Part shown: positions 18,781 to 29,156 of the stretch, in pieces
Numbering within the stretch: the stretch's first letter is position 1
Layout of the letters: each line of letters begins with the position of its first letter
Assembly (NCBI GenBank): GCA_963662665.2
Contig: CAXXJS010000025.1
Location: forward strand, 32,001 to 96,000
Reading direction: 5' to 3'
From: Candidatus Latescibacterota bacterium
GTDB lineage: Bacteria > Latescibacterota > UBA2968 > GCA-2709665
DNA length: 64,000 nucleotides
Program-made: the position numbers and the translations under genes
The notes under the pieces: generated by a model
The model's database searches: none
What the model was told of the DNA's origin: nothing
The model's input: the letters and a program-made list of their open reading frames with translations, nothing else

Positions 18781-19176
18781 TCAATTCCCGATGTTGCGCC
18801 TTCCAAATTGAGCCGCAAGGATCAGGAAATCCCGAAACCCCACCGCGCCGTCGCCGTTCAGGTCGAATCTGGCGTCCCATCCCACCGTTCCCGCGCGTGA
18901 CCCGAAAGCCTGCGCAAGCGTCACAAAGTCACTGAAACCCACCGTACCGTTCCCGTCGAAGTCAGCGCTCAACACAACGGGCGCCTCCTTGAACGCCGGC
19001 AGCCAGACGCCATTCGACAGGACGAATTCACCCTCGCCGCCCGGGAAGTCGCGCAACCTGCCGGACCCGTCGCGGTACCGAAACATGTCCAGCACCCGGG
19101 CACTGCGTCTCCCGGATCCATCAATCGTGATCACCACGGCCCGCCCGTCGGTCTCAAGACCATCCACCGCGACCAC
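18781..19176 (-). pseudogene. Short dockerin-like-domain ORF, probable 3' remnant of a larger secreted protein
   Basis: ADFDGNGTVGFSDF...DLNGDGAVGFRDF at the C-terminus; no signal peptide; in-frame TAA TAG about 40 bp upstream of the GTG. Confidence 0.5.
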
Positions 19177-19272
19177 CTCCCCGGTCGGGCTCCGACATCC
19201 GGAGCCGGCGGTGGCCTATTACCTGCCTATCAGCGGTGGTCGAAACGAGGAAACGCCGCAATGGGGCCGGCC

Positions 19273-22200
19273 TCACGTGGCCAGCACCGAAAACGACCCG
19301 TCCGAACCGCCCAGCATCAGGCGACCCTTTGCGTCCGCCGCCAGCACGTGAATCGCCCCCTCCGCCTTGTGGCTGGCAACCGGCGCGGTATCCGCGTCCA
19401 GGACCCACAAGGACCCGTCCTCACACCCCGCCACGATCTTCGCGTCACCGTCCAGGTCATTCACCATCACCTGTTGAACGGGCGCCCCCAGGTTTCGCCG
19501 CCATCGTTCCTTACCGTGTTCATCCAATAGATACAGATAGAAACAGTCCGACCCGACCAGGACCTCCGGCCTGCCGTCTCCATCCACGTCCGCGGCGCAG
19601 ACCGCGTTGACTTCCTCGCCCACCCGCTGCTTCCAGAGCGTATCCAGTCGATTTCCGTTCAGCTTCAACCCGAAGACGTGCGACCGGTTCGTCCCGCACA
19701 CGATGAGGTGCTCTTTCTCCTGCGTCCAGACGTCGCACGCGGGCATCATAGACGCCCACCCGTCCAGCCCGTTGCTTGCGGTCTCGGCGCCGTCGGCATC
19801 CAGCACGTAACAGGTCCCCCCGCATGTGATCCGGCCCGGACCGCCAATCACCTCCTGCCTTCCGTCCCCATCGATGTCCGCGACGCGCAACGGCGCGAAT
19901 ATCCCGTAAATCATGAAACTCCACCGCTCGCAACCATCCGTGTCAAAACAGTGGAGCTTCCGGTCTGAAACCGCGGCCAGGACGTCCATCCGGCCGTCAC
20001 CGCGCAGGTCCGCCGCCGTCACGAACTCCACGGCGGAATTCCGGGCGTACCGATCCCACGTCCCCCTGTATATCTCAAAAACGCGGGACCACCGTACGTC
20101 TCCGCCTTCCTCGAGTAGATAGAGGCGCCGGTCGTCCGCGCCCGCAACCACGCAACGCCGGCCGTCAAGTTCCACCGAACACACCGAAAGTACGCGCCCC
20201 TCCGCCTGGAAGGACCAGGACGTCCTTCCGTTTTCATCCAGCGCCACTACCCGTCCGTCATCCGTCCCCAGGACCACCCCGTCCCCGTCCGCGGCGGCGC
20301 AACGCACGCCGGATCCGGCGTCATGAGTCCAGACCCTTCGCAACACGGGAACAGACGCCGCCCGCGTGCGTGCGGGGGGACTCGCCTTCCACACAGGCAG
20401 GTCCGCAACTCCGTCCAGCGACAATGCGCCCGGCCCGGATGTCCGCGTCTTCACCTTGTGCCGTCCGGCGCCAACGCAGAACTGCTCTCCGCACAGCGTG
20501 ATCTCGGCGGGTTCCGGCGCTACGACAACGCCCTCACCCGCATCCAGATCAAACTCGATCGAAACAGGGCGCCTGGATTCGAAAATCGCGCTTGCCGTGC
20601 ACAACTCCGTTCCGTTACACAGCGCAAACCACCCGTTGCCGGCCGCGAAGATTCCGGCGCGACCGGAAAATGGCCCGACCTCAAACGCGCCATCGCCGCC
20701 CCCGGTCCCTACCACCATACAGCCGTCCGAGCCTTCGACCACAACGGCCGAATCGCCCACGCGGCGCATCCGGTCGTCTACGGGCTTCTGAGGATTTGTC
20801 GCATAGAACAGGTTGATAAACGTATGCCGTTCTCCAACCGCCATTTCCCGGTTGACGGACTCGTGCAGGATATTCACGTAATTATCCGCATAGGGATACG
20901 CGTCCCACCAGTGACCGAAATTCTCCCAGTCCCGATCCAGCGACATCCGGCCTCCACCCACGCTCTGAAGAACAAACCGGTCTTCCCGGCCGCTGTCCTG
21001 GTCTTTCTGAACCACCTCCAGCGTCCCGTCTTCCAAAGCGGGCGTCCCCAATGTGCGCCAGTGACACTGAATCGCGAACGCGCCCGGCTTTGTCGCTTCC
21101 ACCTCATCCACCACCACGAAACAGCGCCCTCTGCGCCACATGACGTTCCGAACCCACCGTGCGCCCCATTCGCCATCGACCGACGTCCGGCTCAGGCCCA
21201 CGCGGCCCAGGTCCGCCACACCCTCCAGCCGGCACAGCGCCGGAACGTCCCACGCTTCCCCGTCCCGCACGGCCGTCACGCCGTTGTGGTGCTTCAGCGT
21301 CGGACCCTCCGTATAAGACGCATCCACCAGGAAAATCCGGTTGTTCGCCGAAAACTCCGGGATCGTATTTCCGTCTTCGTGGCTGTGGTTGCCGTAGTAG
21401 ATACCGTGCAGCATCAGGTACTGGTCGTCCCTGTCGAATCCCTCCCGGAAACAAATCGTATCGAACGCCTCTTCTCTCGGAAGGTTCAGTGGCTTCACTT
21501 CCCGCGGCCTCGCCTTCGGGTCTTCGGCGAGATCATAAAAACCGCTGTCGACCTCCAGTACAATTACTCCCGCCATCTCCCCGGGGACCTCAGGCGCCAG
21601 TCCGTCGCAGAAGTACTTTTCAAAACTCCTCACCAGCAACGGATCGCTCACCGTCTCGTAACGCTCTCCCGGCGGCTGGGGCCGAAAATAGTCCGACGGC
21701 CTGTCGAACCGTTTGTCAAGCAGGAACGCGGCGCGCCCGTCCTGCAATACATGCCCCGCCTTGACCAGGAAATTCGTCGGGTATCCATCCATTGGAGCGC
21801 CCGTATCTCCAAACGCGGGCAGCGCGCCGCGGTTGTTGCAGTAGAGTACCGCCTGGTCCAGGGAGCGCCTGCAGTTTCCATTGTCGATATACGTAGTATC
21901 CCCGCTCGCCAGCGAATAGGTCAATATGTGATCCAGCGTCATCCACTGATAGGCGTTGGCATCCTCGATGGGCTTGAACGACCCCGCCTGCCCCCTGAAC
22001 ACCTCCGCCGACGCGGCCATCCACTCCTTCGCATCTTCGAAACCGTAGTGGGTTGCAAAATAGCGGCCGCCAAACCATGCCGCCAGCGCCACCAGCGTCT
22101 GGTGGTTCTGCCGGACCATCCGGTGCCCCACGCCCTCACGGAAGAACCGGGTGTACGCCCCCTCCGTGGAGTCCATAATCCACAGCAGATATTGCGTGAT

Positions 22201-23016
22201 CTTCAGCCGGTCCTCGTCGGAAAACACCGGGCTTTCCTCGATCAGGTCCCAGACCGCGGCCAGCCACCATACGTGAAAGTGGGCCATCACCCCGTGCTCA
22301 CCCATCCTCAGATGCGCCTGGGCAATTTCACGCACGGCCGCCGCATACGCATCGTGACCGGTCCGGTGATACATCAGCCCGTAGGCGCCTGCCTCCGAGA
22401 TCAGCTGAAACCCTGCGCCCGACTCGGAAGCGTGCGGTGTGGTCGCCCGCGCGACGAAGTCCTCACGCCGCTCCTGCAACCACCTCTCCGGCGGACGTCC
22501 GAAAGCGTCGAACTCGGGACCGAGACGAATTTTCATCAGCCTCCCGACGTTGAACGTCTTCCTATACGGCACGAGCGTCAGAAAACGCGAAACGACCCGG
22601 CCCAGCCCGGCCTCGTCGCTGGCCCCGAGCAGCACCACGTTCTTTCCGTTTCCCAGAGGGTTGTGCAGCGTGCGCAGCGCGTAACCGCCGCTGCCGGGAT
22701 AACAGCGGTCTTCCACAGCCCACCACTGGTAATAGAGCCAACGGATAAAGGCGTTGTCAGCCATATTCCCCAGCGCCACCACGTGCCGGTCCTGCAGTAA
22801 TCCGGCCTCGGCCGCTCCCGCCCGGACCACCTCCAGCCGTGCCCCCGTCGCCGCTTCGACCCGATCGACGATTCTTTTTGCCTGACGCTCCTGCACGACG
22901 TCCTCGCCGATGACGATCGTCGCCCGCGGCTCGCCGTTGACAACCAGCGCCGTCTCCGGACACAAGTCTTTCAAGATATCCACTTTCAGGCCTACCGGTC
23001 CGTTCTCCACGGTCAT
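19273..23016 (-). CDS. Heparinase II/III-like protein with C-terminal PQQ/FG-GAP beta-propeller
   Basis: QNHQ, EDANAYQW, PAFGD, HSHEDGN, HNGVTA lyase-like motifs; repeats ADIDGDGRQEV, ADVDGDGRPEV and W-containing propeller blades; no signal peptide. Confidence 0.75.
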   Translation of the reverse strand: MTVENGPVGLKVDILKDLCPETALVVNGEPRATIVIGEDVVQERQAKRIVDRVEAATGARLEVVRAGAAEAGLLQDRHVVALGNMADNAFIRWLYYQWWAVEDRCYPGSGGYALRTLHNPLGNGKNVVLLGASDEAGLGRVVSRFLTLVPYRKTFNVGRLMKIRLGPEFDAFGRPPERWLQERREDFVARATTPHASESGAGFQLISEAGAYGLMYHRTGHDAYAAAVREIAQAHLRMGEHGVMAHFHVWWLAAVWDLIEESPVFSDEDRLKITQYLLWIMDSTEGAYTRFFREGVGHRMVRQNHQTLVALAAWFGGRYFATHYGFEDAKEWMAASAEVFRGQAGSFKPIEDANAYQWMTLDHILTYSLASGDTTYIDNGNCRRSLDQAVLYCNNRGALPAFGDTGAPMDGYPTNFLVKAGHVLQDGRAAFLLDKRFDRPSDYFRPQPPGERYETVSDPLLVRSFEKYFCDGLAPEVPGEMAGVIVLEVDSGFYDLAEDPKARPREVKPLNLPREEAFDTICFREGFDRDDQYLMLHGIYYGNHSHEDGNTIPEFSANNRIFLVDASYTEGPTLKHHNGVTAVRDGEAWDVPALCRLEGVADLGRVGLSRTSVDGEWGARWVRNVMWRRGRCFVVVDEVEATKPGAFAIQCHWRTLGTPALEDGTLEVVQKDQDSGREDRFVLQSVGGGRMSLDRDWENFGHWWDAYPYADNYVNILHESVNREMAVGERHTFINLFYATNPQKPVDDRMRRVGDSAVVVEGSDGCMVVGTGGGDGAFEVGPFSGRAGIFAAGNGWFALCNGTELCTASAIFESRRPVSIEFDLDAGEGVVVAPEPAEITLCGEQFCVGAGRHKVKTRTSGPGALSLDGVADLPVWKASPPARTRAASVPVLRRVWTHDAGSGVRCAAADGDGVVLGTDDGRVVALDENGRTSWSFQAEGRVLSVCSVELDGRRCVVAGADDRRLYLLEEGGDVRWSRVFEIYRGTWDRYARNSAVEFVTAADLRGDGRMDVLAAVSDRKLHCFDTDGCERWSFMIYGIFAPLRVADIDGDGRQEVIGGPGRITCGGTCYVLDADGAETASNGLDGWASMMPACDVWTQEKEHLIVCGTNRSHVFGLKLNGNRLDTLWKQRVGEEVNAVCAADVDGDGRPEVLVGSDCFYLYLLDEHGKERWRRNLGAPVQQVMVNDLDGDAKIVAGCEDGSLWVLDADTAPVASHKAEGAIHVLAADAKGRLMLGGSDGSFSVLAT

Positions 23017-23088
23017 CGCCTCCTTGTCACGACCTCAAGCGGGTATTGTGCCTGTGCGGGTCAAGCTCAGCTACCAGTCAGCAGGCAT

Positions 23089-25431
23089 TCACTGCCCTGA
23101 AACCACGCCCCTGTCCCGGAGCACATACGTGTGACCCTGGACCACCAGCCGCGCCAGTCCTTCCGAGCGATGGCCGCCGTATTCCACGCCGTCCCGACCG
23201 CCAACAAGCACAAGGTCGTCCCCGATCCGCGCCACTTCCGTTTCGCCCGATCGCTCGGTCTGTACTCCAGGCCGATCCAGCAATGCATGTCCCGGACACA
23301 ACACAACCCCCAGGTTGCGCCGGCTAACCAGACCGGAGGTTGTAAACCGCAGGTGGTACTGCTGGTGCCACTGCGATTCGTCCTTGCCGGTCCGCATCGG
23401 CGGGGGGTCCCATCCCTCGCTCAGCGAGAAGAACGCGTTGTTGTGGTACATGAAATGCCCTTCAAGGGAACTCCCTTCACGTTCCAGCAGGAAGGTCCTT
23501 CTCTCTTCGTTTACCGAAAATCGGTTCCAGGAGTGGATATTCCACTGGAGCGCCGAGTCGATGCCAGGAACCGCAACGAACTCGTCAATCATCACGAAAC
23601 AGCTCTGAGGCTTCAGGAAGAAAACGTGCCGCCGGCACCGTTGGGCGCGGTCGCTGTAGCTGGCGTCCGCGTTGCCTGCAAAATAGACGATCCGCTCGTC
23701 CTCGAACGCGTTTTCTATTTTCCCGAGCGAGTTGTGCGACCGCATGATCTGGGAGGCATCCGAAAGCGTGACGCAGTTGTGGGACTTGGTGTGCCATACC
23801 CAGTGGGTGTGATGGTCGGAACCGTACCCGATATAATAGCCGCTGGGCATCGCCATCACCTTGCCACCGGCGTGCAGGATAAAATCGTTGTTGTTTGCGT
23901 GGGAATGGCTGATGGCGCCAAGCGGAGAAGAGCGAAAGATCAGCGCAACATCCCGTGCGGCGTCGTTCAGGTTCGTCCGGACCGCGGCCCATCCAGCGGC
24001 CGGGAACACGCGAAACATCGACTCCTCCGCGCCGGTCATCGGACGTGCTTTGTCAACTTGCGCCAGGAAGAGCTGCGACATCACGCCCGAGCTTCGCCGC
24101 TCCGCAGGCGTCTGCATCTCCTCTGCCTCCGCCCGGAAGGATTCCACGTATCCCGTGAACTCATCGGTATCCGTCTCGCGCCCGATCAGGTCCACCAGGT
24201 CCGCATTGGACCGCCACGTACCGGCCCAGCGCTCCGTATGGTCGCCAAATCCCATCCACTCCGCGTAGGGCGGCAGACAGTACTGGCGCCACCGGGCGTG
24301 GTTCTTCCAGAAGGGTCTCCGGTAGAGATCCACCCCGATACCCCGCTTCAGCGCCGAGGCGAACATCGTCATAATTGTCACATAAGCCAGTCCGTAGGAG
24401 GGACCTTCCGCCCACGCACCGTCGTCGCCCGCCCAGATCGGCCAGATGCCGCAGAGCACCGGCCTTAGCCATTCCAGCCACGCCTGCGCTTCGGGAATAT
24501 GCTCGTGAAACACCAGCGCGATGTGCGCAAGGAACACGATCTCGCGCCCGGCATGCGAGTCGAAACGCGTCACCCCGTAGGACCCCCTGTTGTGCATATG
24601 GTCGAATGTAATTCGCCCGCGCTGCCGGAACTGCGCCACAACGGCCTCGCGTTCCTGTTCCGTAAACCGGTCCCACACCCAGTCGCAGGCGTTCGAGCCG
24701 TTCCAGATCACCGACATGTGGGCTTCGTCATTGTGGGGGAGGTGGCTGGACCCCTCCGGATCCCATCCGGATATGGACGCCATCCTCCGGCACGCGGCGC
24801 GGGCGTACCGGTCCTCTCCGCCCACCAGATATGCCAGCGCCAGGGTCTCCGCGCCTTTGACGAAGCGCCTGGATTCCCACATCACCGGCGCCCAGGTCTC
24901 GTGATATTTCTGATAGTTCTCGCTGCGGTCCGGGAGAAAGGGCGGCTCGTCGATCTCGTGCGGTTCGGCCAACACGGCTTCGGCGCTCCTTCGCAGGCCT
25001 TCCCACGCCTGTGCGCCGTCGCCGGCGGCGGCTGCCCGAAGCGCAGGCAACTCCTCCGGCCGCACATAGATCCGCGGGTGTTCAGCCGGGAATCGCTTCA
25101 GCCACTCGCCAGCCGGCGGCACCTCCACCACCGCGGCTTCGGGCCTGATCTCAAACGCGAAAACCTCGGAGATCGCGGCAGGTCCCGCGGACCAGCGCCA
25201 GAAATACCTTCCAGGTTCAAATGCCGTATCGGGAAGGAAAAGGGGATCCTTAAGTCCGTCCTTATCCAGAACGACCTTTTCAAAGCTCAAATCTCGCGCC
25301 ACCTGCAGGCGATAGCCCGACGCGGAGTCCACGGGAAGCCAGGTAAAAACAGGGGGATTGGCTGCCGGCCTGGCGCCGTCCCTGGGTTGGCGCGGGTCCT
25401 TGTGCGGGTGCGGATGTCTGTGTTCCTTCAT
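23089..25431 (-). CDS. DUF4962 + heparinase II/III domain protein (oligo-alginate-lyase-like)
   Basis: NPPVFTW, HPRIY, SHAG, DGAWAEGPSYG, GFGD, SHSHANNNDF, SHNCVT, QWNIH. Confidence 0.88.
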   Translation of the reverse strand: MKEHRHPHPHKDPRQPRDGARPAANPPVFTWLPVDSASGYRLQVARDLSFEKVVLDKDGLKDPLFLPDTAFEPGRYFWRWSAGPAAISEVFAFEIRPEAAVVEVPPAGEWLKRFPAEHPRIYVRPEELPALRAAAAGDGAQAWEGLRRSAEAVLAEPHEIDEPPFLPDRSENYQKYHETWAPVMWESRRFVKGAETLALAYLVGGEDRYARAACRRMASISGWDPEGSSHLPHNDEAHMSVIWNGSNACDWVWDRFTEQEREAVVAQFRQRGRITFDHMHNRGSYGVTRFDSHAGREIVFLAHIALVFHEHIPEAQAWLEWLRPVLCGIWPIWAGDDGAWAEGPSYGLAYVTIMTMFASALKRGIGVDLYRRPFWKNHARWRQYCLPPYAEWMGFGDHTERWAGTWRSNADLVDLIGRETDTDEFTGYVESFRAEAEEMQTPAERRSSGVMSQLFLAQVDKARPMTGAEESMFRVFPAAGWAAVRTNLNDAARDVALIFRSSPLGAISHSHANNNDFILHAGGKVMAMPSGYYIGYGSDHHTHWVWHTKSHNCVTLSDASQIMRSHNSLGKIENAFEDERIVYFAGNADASYSDRAQRCRRHVFFLKPQSCFVMIDEFVAVPGIDSALQWNIHSWNRFSVNEERRTFLLEREGSSLEGHFMYHNNAFFSLSEGWDPPPMRTGKDESQWHQQYHLRFTTSGLVSRRNLGVVLCPGHALLDRPGVQTERSGETEVARIGDDLVLVGGRDGVEYGGHRSEGLARLVVQGHTYVLRDRGVVSGQ

Positions 25432-25496
25432 GGCGTTACCTCGCGAATATTTAATTGGCGCCTGTTAGAGTAATACCCGTTTCCAGAACGCCCGCC

Positions 25497-26477
25497 TCAC
25501 ACCCTTGCAAGCGACGCGACGGGCTCCGGCCTGCCGTTTTCGATGCTTCGCCCTGCCTGGATCATCATCAGTGTGGCCATCAGCCCGTCCACGTGGTCCG
25601 CGGGCATTGGCGCGCCGGTTCTCAGCGCCTCGACGAACAACCGGTTTTCCTCAACGAATCCACCCTCTTCTCCGCGGAAAACCACCGGCTCCTTTCCGGT
25701 CTCCGTATATGTCAGCGTACAGAACCGGTCGGAAAGCAGCACGGAGCGGTTTTCCGAGAAAATCTCCATGAATAGCTTGCTCGTCAACGCCGGTTGATTC
25801 GCGTCTCCCTGAATCCAGCAGCCTGCCGCGCCGTTCTCAAACCTGAACGTCGCCGTCAAATTGTCCAGCCTGCCGTTTGCCTGATAGTAGTTCCCGCCCG
25901 CCGCGTAGACCTCTTGCGGATTCGATCCTGCCGTGTACCTCAGCAGATCACAGGAATGGCATCCCTGGCTATATACGTTGCCCCCACCCAGAATCGGATC
26001 GTTCGCCCAGGTATTCCCCCACCGGTTGTCCATCATCTGCATCACCACCATCAACGGCTCGGGGATCAGTTCCCTGGCCTTCTGTACCATTGGATAGTAC
26101 CGCATCTTGAAGGCCGTAAAAAGCTGAATCCCCTCCCGCTCCACCGCATCGCCGATCCTCCGGCAGTCCTCAACCGTCAGCGCCAGGGGCTTTTCCACCA
26201 GGATGTGCTTTCCCGATTCCGCCGCCCGGATACAATAGTCGGCATGGGTGTCGTGGTGAGTGCAGATATAGACGGTATCCAGCGAGTTGTCCGAGAGGAC
26301 GCGGCCGGCATCGTCGGTGGCGTAATCCCCGCCATAGCGCGTGCACAACGTGCGCGCCTTCTCTTCGATCACGTCGCAGAACGCCGCCATGCGTATGCCC
26401 TCAAGCCCGGCAACCGCCTCGCTGTGAACGCCGCCGATCGCTCCGCAACCGATCAGTCCCGCGCGAAGTTCCGTCAT
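25497..26477 (-). CDS. Gfo/Idh/MocA family oxidoreductase
   Basis: GLIGCGAIG, HILVEKP, GCHSCD. Start at ATG 26477 after GGAGG. Confidence 0.92.
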   Translation of the reverse strand: MTELRAGLIGCGAIGGVHSEAVAGLEGIRMAAFCDVIEEKARTLCTRYGGDYATDDAGRVLSDNSLDTVYICTHHDTHADYCIRAAESGKHILVEKPLALTVEDCRRIGDAVEREGIQLFTAFKMRYYPMVQKARELIPEPLMVVMQMMDNRWGNTWANDPILGGGNVYSQGCHSCDLLRYTAGSNPQEVYAAGGNYYQANGRLDNLTATFRFENGAAGCWIQGDANQPALTSKLFMEIFSENRSVLLSDRFCTLTYTETGKEPVVFRGEEGGFVEENRLFVEALRTGAPMPADHVDGLMATLMMIQAGRSIENGRPEPVASLARV

Positions 26478-26588
26478 TTCGGGTTTCCTCCCTGTGGTCG
26501 ATGATGCCTGGGTATCTGAAAGACAACTACAAAAGCCGTCGTGCAGGCGCCGGGAACCCTTCTGAAACCTAGGAAGGGTGCGCAGACG

Positions 26589-26620
26589 CAAGTAGGGCGC
26601 AGCGTTCTGCGCCCTACTTG
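26589..26620. repeat. GTAG-type REP-like palindrome / hairpin (14-bp arms)
   Basis: CAAGTAGGGCGCAG-CGTT-CTGCGCCCTACTTG, 50 bp after the GWxTD gene stop. Confidence 0.75.
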
Positions 26621-26669
26621 TTTCCGTCCCGTCACGGGTGGGGCGTGACTGACGTTGCCGCACTATGAA

Positions 26670-29141
26670 TCAGATCCCGTAACGGAACTGAATCTCGCGG
26701 GTGTCGCTCTTTCCGCTGACCCTGTCCCTGATCTTCACCTCCAGGACCTGCACGCCCGGCTTGGCTTTGTCAAGGTCGATTTCAAAGTACTGCTGTTCGG
26801 TGGTGGCGGTTCCCGCGTGGTCGTACGCAACCGACACCTGCGTCTTCCTGCGCTTGAAAAGCGAAGTGATGGCGCCAACGACGCCTTCCGACTGCCCGAC
26901 GACGTTTCGGACGACGTATTTCACCTCGTAATCGGTCTGCCCGAAACGGTTTTTCTTGAGGTTGTAAATTTCGTAGTAGGCATATACCTTCTGCGCCTCC
27001 CTGTAATTCCTCGTGGGCATCGGTACGACCCGGATATCGCCCTTCTTGAATTTGCCCGCCGAATCCGTTTCGCGGATCTCCGAAGCCAGCAGGATATCGC
27101 TGATCTTGAGCTTCTCGACGTTATAGTCTGGAACCTCGACAGCCTGCTTGTAGAGCCCGGTGTATCCCGAGGCCAGGTCCTTGATCTGCACCTGGAGTTC
27201 GTATTTCCCCGGCGGCACGCCGGTCTTGAGCATTTCCGGAAGAAACGCGCCTCTGATCCTGTCGAAGTCGGCCCGTCCTTCGTAATTGAATTCCCGTGTG
27301 TCCCGATAAATCGTTGTGTGCCCGGCGTCGGCCAGGGCCATCGCGCACTGGACGCGGACTTGCGCGGAATCCGCCTGCTCGGCAATTTCGACCTGTTCGG
27401 GCGGAATGCCGTAATAGACTTCAACGTTCGTCTCCCCGTCGGAACCCTGGAAGTTGGCAAGATCGTAATAGAAGTTCAGCGCGGGACCCTGGATACCCGG
27501 CCGGTAGTAGTCGGGCGTCTCGTCCCTGGCATTCTGGTAGATGATCTCAGGCGCGTAATTGACCAGACGGGTCACGTTGACGAGCTGCCTCTCCAGGGAG
27601 GTAACTGGTGGAATCGGGGCGAAATTGAATACGCCGCTCTTGTTCTCGTCCGTAAACACGATCTCGATACCACCCTGAATCTGCGTATAGATCCAGGTTT
27701 CCCAGGGTACGGTGGCCATATCGGTGTGAATCGTCACCGGAATGTAGTCGCCGAACTTGATCCGGGCGATCTGATTTCCGAACTCATCGAACCGCGCCCC
27801 GTCCTGGTCATCGTAGTCGCTCCGGGTCAGCGGTGCGGTCAGCGGCGTTCCTTCCAGGTCCCGTTCCTGAAATTCCTCTTCATCCGCGGCATCGGTATTG
27901 CTGGTGAATCCGTCGTCCTGAAAACTGGCGTCGCGCTGATCGGCGGAACCGAAACCATGGAGTTCGTCAAGCGTTCGCCGGGTAATGGGATGTCGAAACG
28001 CCCGGATGGGAAACACCGGACCGGTAAACGTCATAAAGGAAGCCTCGGCGCCGTAGAGACTGGATGCCATGCGCATACGGACCGCCTCCACGTCCGGCGT
28101 CTGCGTCAGATCGCGATGATAGGACCGCGACCGGTAGTTCGGCTTCCCGTATCGGATATAGACCTCCCCCCGCTTGTCCCAGGGAGAAACCTTCTCGGCA
28201 AAATAAGCGCGCGCATACCAGACTCTCCGGTAATGTTCGACCACGCGTTCGTTGACGCGGGTCATCATATCGGGGTCGCGCCGGAGCCAGAACCGCTCCA
28301 CGTAGGCCTCACGTTCCGATTTGTCCGACAGCGCCTCATATTCCCGAAGTTCCTCGGAAGAAGCGGCATTTGCGATATCCGTGTAGAGGGCGCTTTCCTC
28401 CTTTCCCGAACGCTCCAGGTAACGCTCGAAGTACTTCTGCGCTTCTCCGTACTCTTCCTCGAAGAAGTATCCCTGCGCGATAATCGGCAGCAGCCGGGTC
28501 TCCTCGTCGAGCGCCTCGACGTGGGGAAAAATGTAGTCGGAGATCTTGTCGTAGGCTTCCGCCTCGATACACGCCAGGCCGAAATAATACAGGCCGTCCG
28601 GATCGTCCGGCACCTTTTCCAGGTAGGTCTCGAAATACCCGAGCGCCTTTTCGTGGTCCTCTTTGAAACGCGCATGCGCCTCTCCCAGCGCCCGGTAGGC
28701 CAGCGCCTGGCCGGAATCCAGTTCGATGGCTTTCTTTGCTTCACCAACCGCCCGGCGGAAGTTATGCAGGGCGCTGATCCCCTTGGCGGGAATCTCGGCG
28801 TAGGAGAGCGCGAGTCCCGCGCGGGCCGCGGCATTTTCCTTGTCCAGCTTAAGTGCCGATTCAAACGACCTCTTGGCTGTCACGAAGTCCTGGATTTTGA
28901 GTTGCGCGTAGCCCAGACGCGTGAGTATATGCGCATCTTCGGGAAAGGACTCGGCAAGCCGGGACAAGGTGGCCACGGCCTCGCTGTGTTGGCGGTCTTC
29001 CGTCTGGCGTTCCGCAACGGCAAACAGCGAATCTCGCGTTGAAAGCGCGCCCGCCGCAGGCGATACACTCAGTGCAACCAGCAGGAACGGAATGAAGCGT
29101 CGTGGATGAAGGACAGGCTGGAATCGATATCCGGTTTTCAT
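26670..29141 (-). CDS. Secreted TPR + GWxTD-domain protein
   Basis: Signal peptide, N-terminal TPR helices, FWLRRDPD...NE...EHYRRVWYA...WDKRGEVYIRYGKP, C-terminal beta-rich domains (LKISDILLA). Confidence 0.85.
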   Translation of the reverse strand: MKTGYRFQPVLHPRRFIPFLLVALSVSPAAGALSTRDSLFAVAERQTEDRQHSEAVATLSRLAESFPEDAHILTRLGYAQLKIQDFVTAKRSFESALKLDKENAAARAGLALSYAEIPAKGISALHNFRRAVGEAKKAIELDSGQALAYRALGEAHARFKEDHEKALGYFETYLEKVPDDPDGLYYFGLACIEAEAYDKISDYIFPHVEALDEETRLLPIIAQGYFFEEEYGEAQKYFERYLERSGKEESALYTDIANAASSEELREYEALSDKSEREAYVERFWLRRDPDMMTRVNERVVEHYRRVWYARAYFAEKVSPWDKRGEVYIRYGKPNYRSRSYHRDLTQTPDVEAVRMRMASSLYGAEASFMTFTGPVFPIRAFRHPITRRTLDELHGFGSADQRDASFQDDGFTSNTDAADEEEFQERDLEGTPLTAPLTRSDYDDQDGARFDEFGNQIARIKFGDYIPVTIHTDMATVPWETWIYTQIQGGIEIVFTDENKSGVFNFAPIPPVTSLERQLVNVTRLVNYAPEIIYQNARDETPDYYRPGIQGPALNFYYDLANFQGSDGETNVEVYYGIPPEQVEIAEQADSAQVRVQCAMALADAGHTTIYRDTREFNYEGRADFDRIRGAFLPEMLKTGVPPGKYELQVQIKDLASGYTGLYKQAVEVPDYNVEKLKISDILLASEIRETDSAGKFKKGDIRVVPMPTRNYREAQKVYAYYEIYNLKKNRFGQTDYEVKYVVRNVVGQSEGVVGAITSLFKRRKTQVSVAYDHAGTATTEQQYFEIDLDKAKPGVQVLEVKIRDRVSGKSDTREIQFRYGI

Positions 29142-29156
29142 GATATGCCCTTTGTC

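Noticed and set aside
20323-22800. 825-aa plus-strand ORF
   Set aside because: Antisense shadow of the 1247-aa lyase-like gene, expected from high-GC codon bias.
26655-29042. 795-aa plus-strand ORF
   Set aside because: Mirror frame of the GWxTD gene; no recognisable domain.
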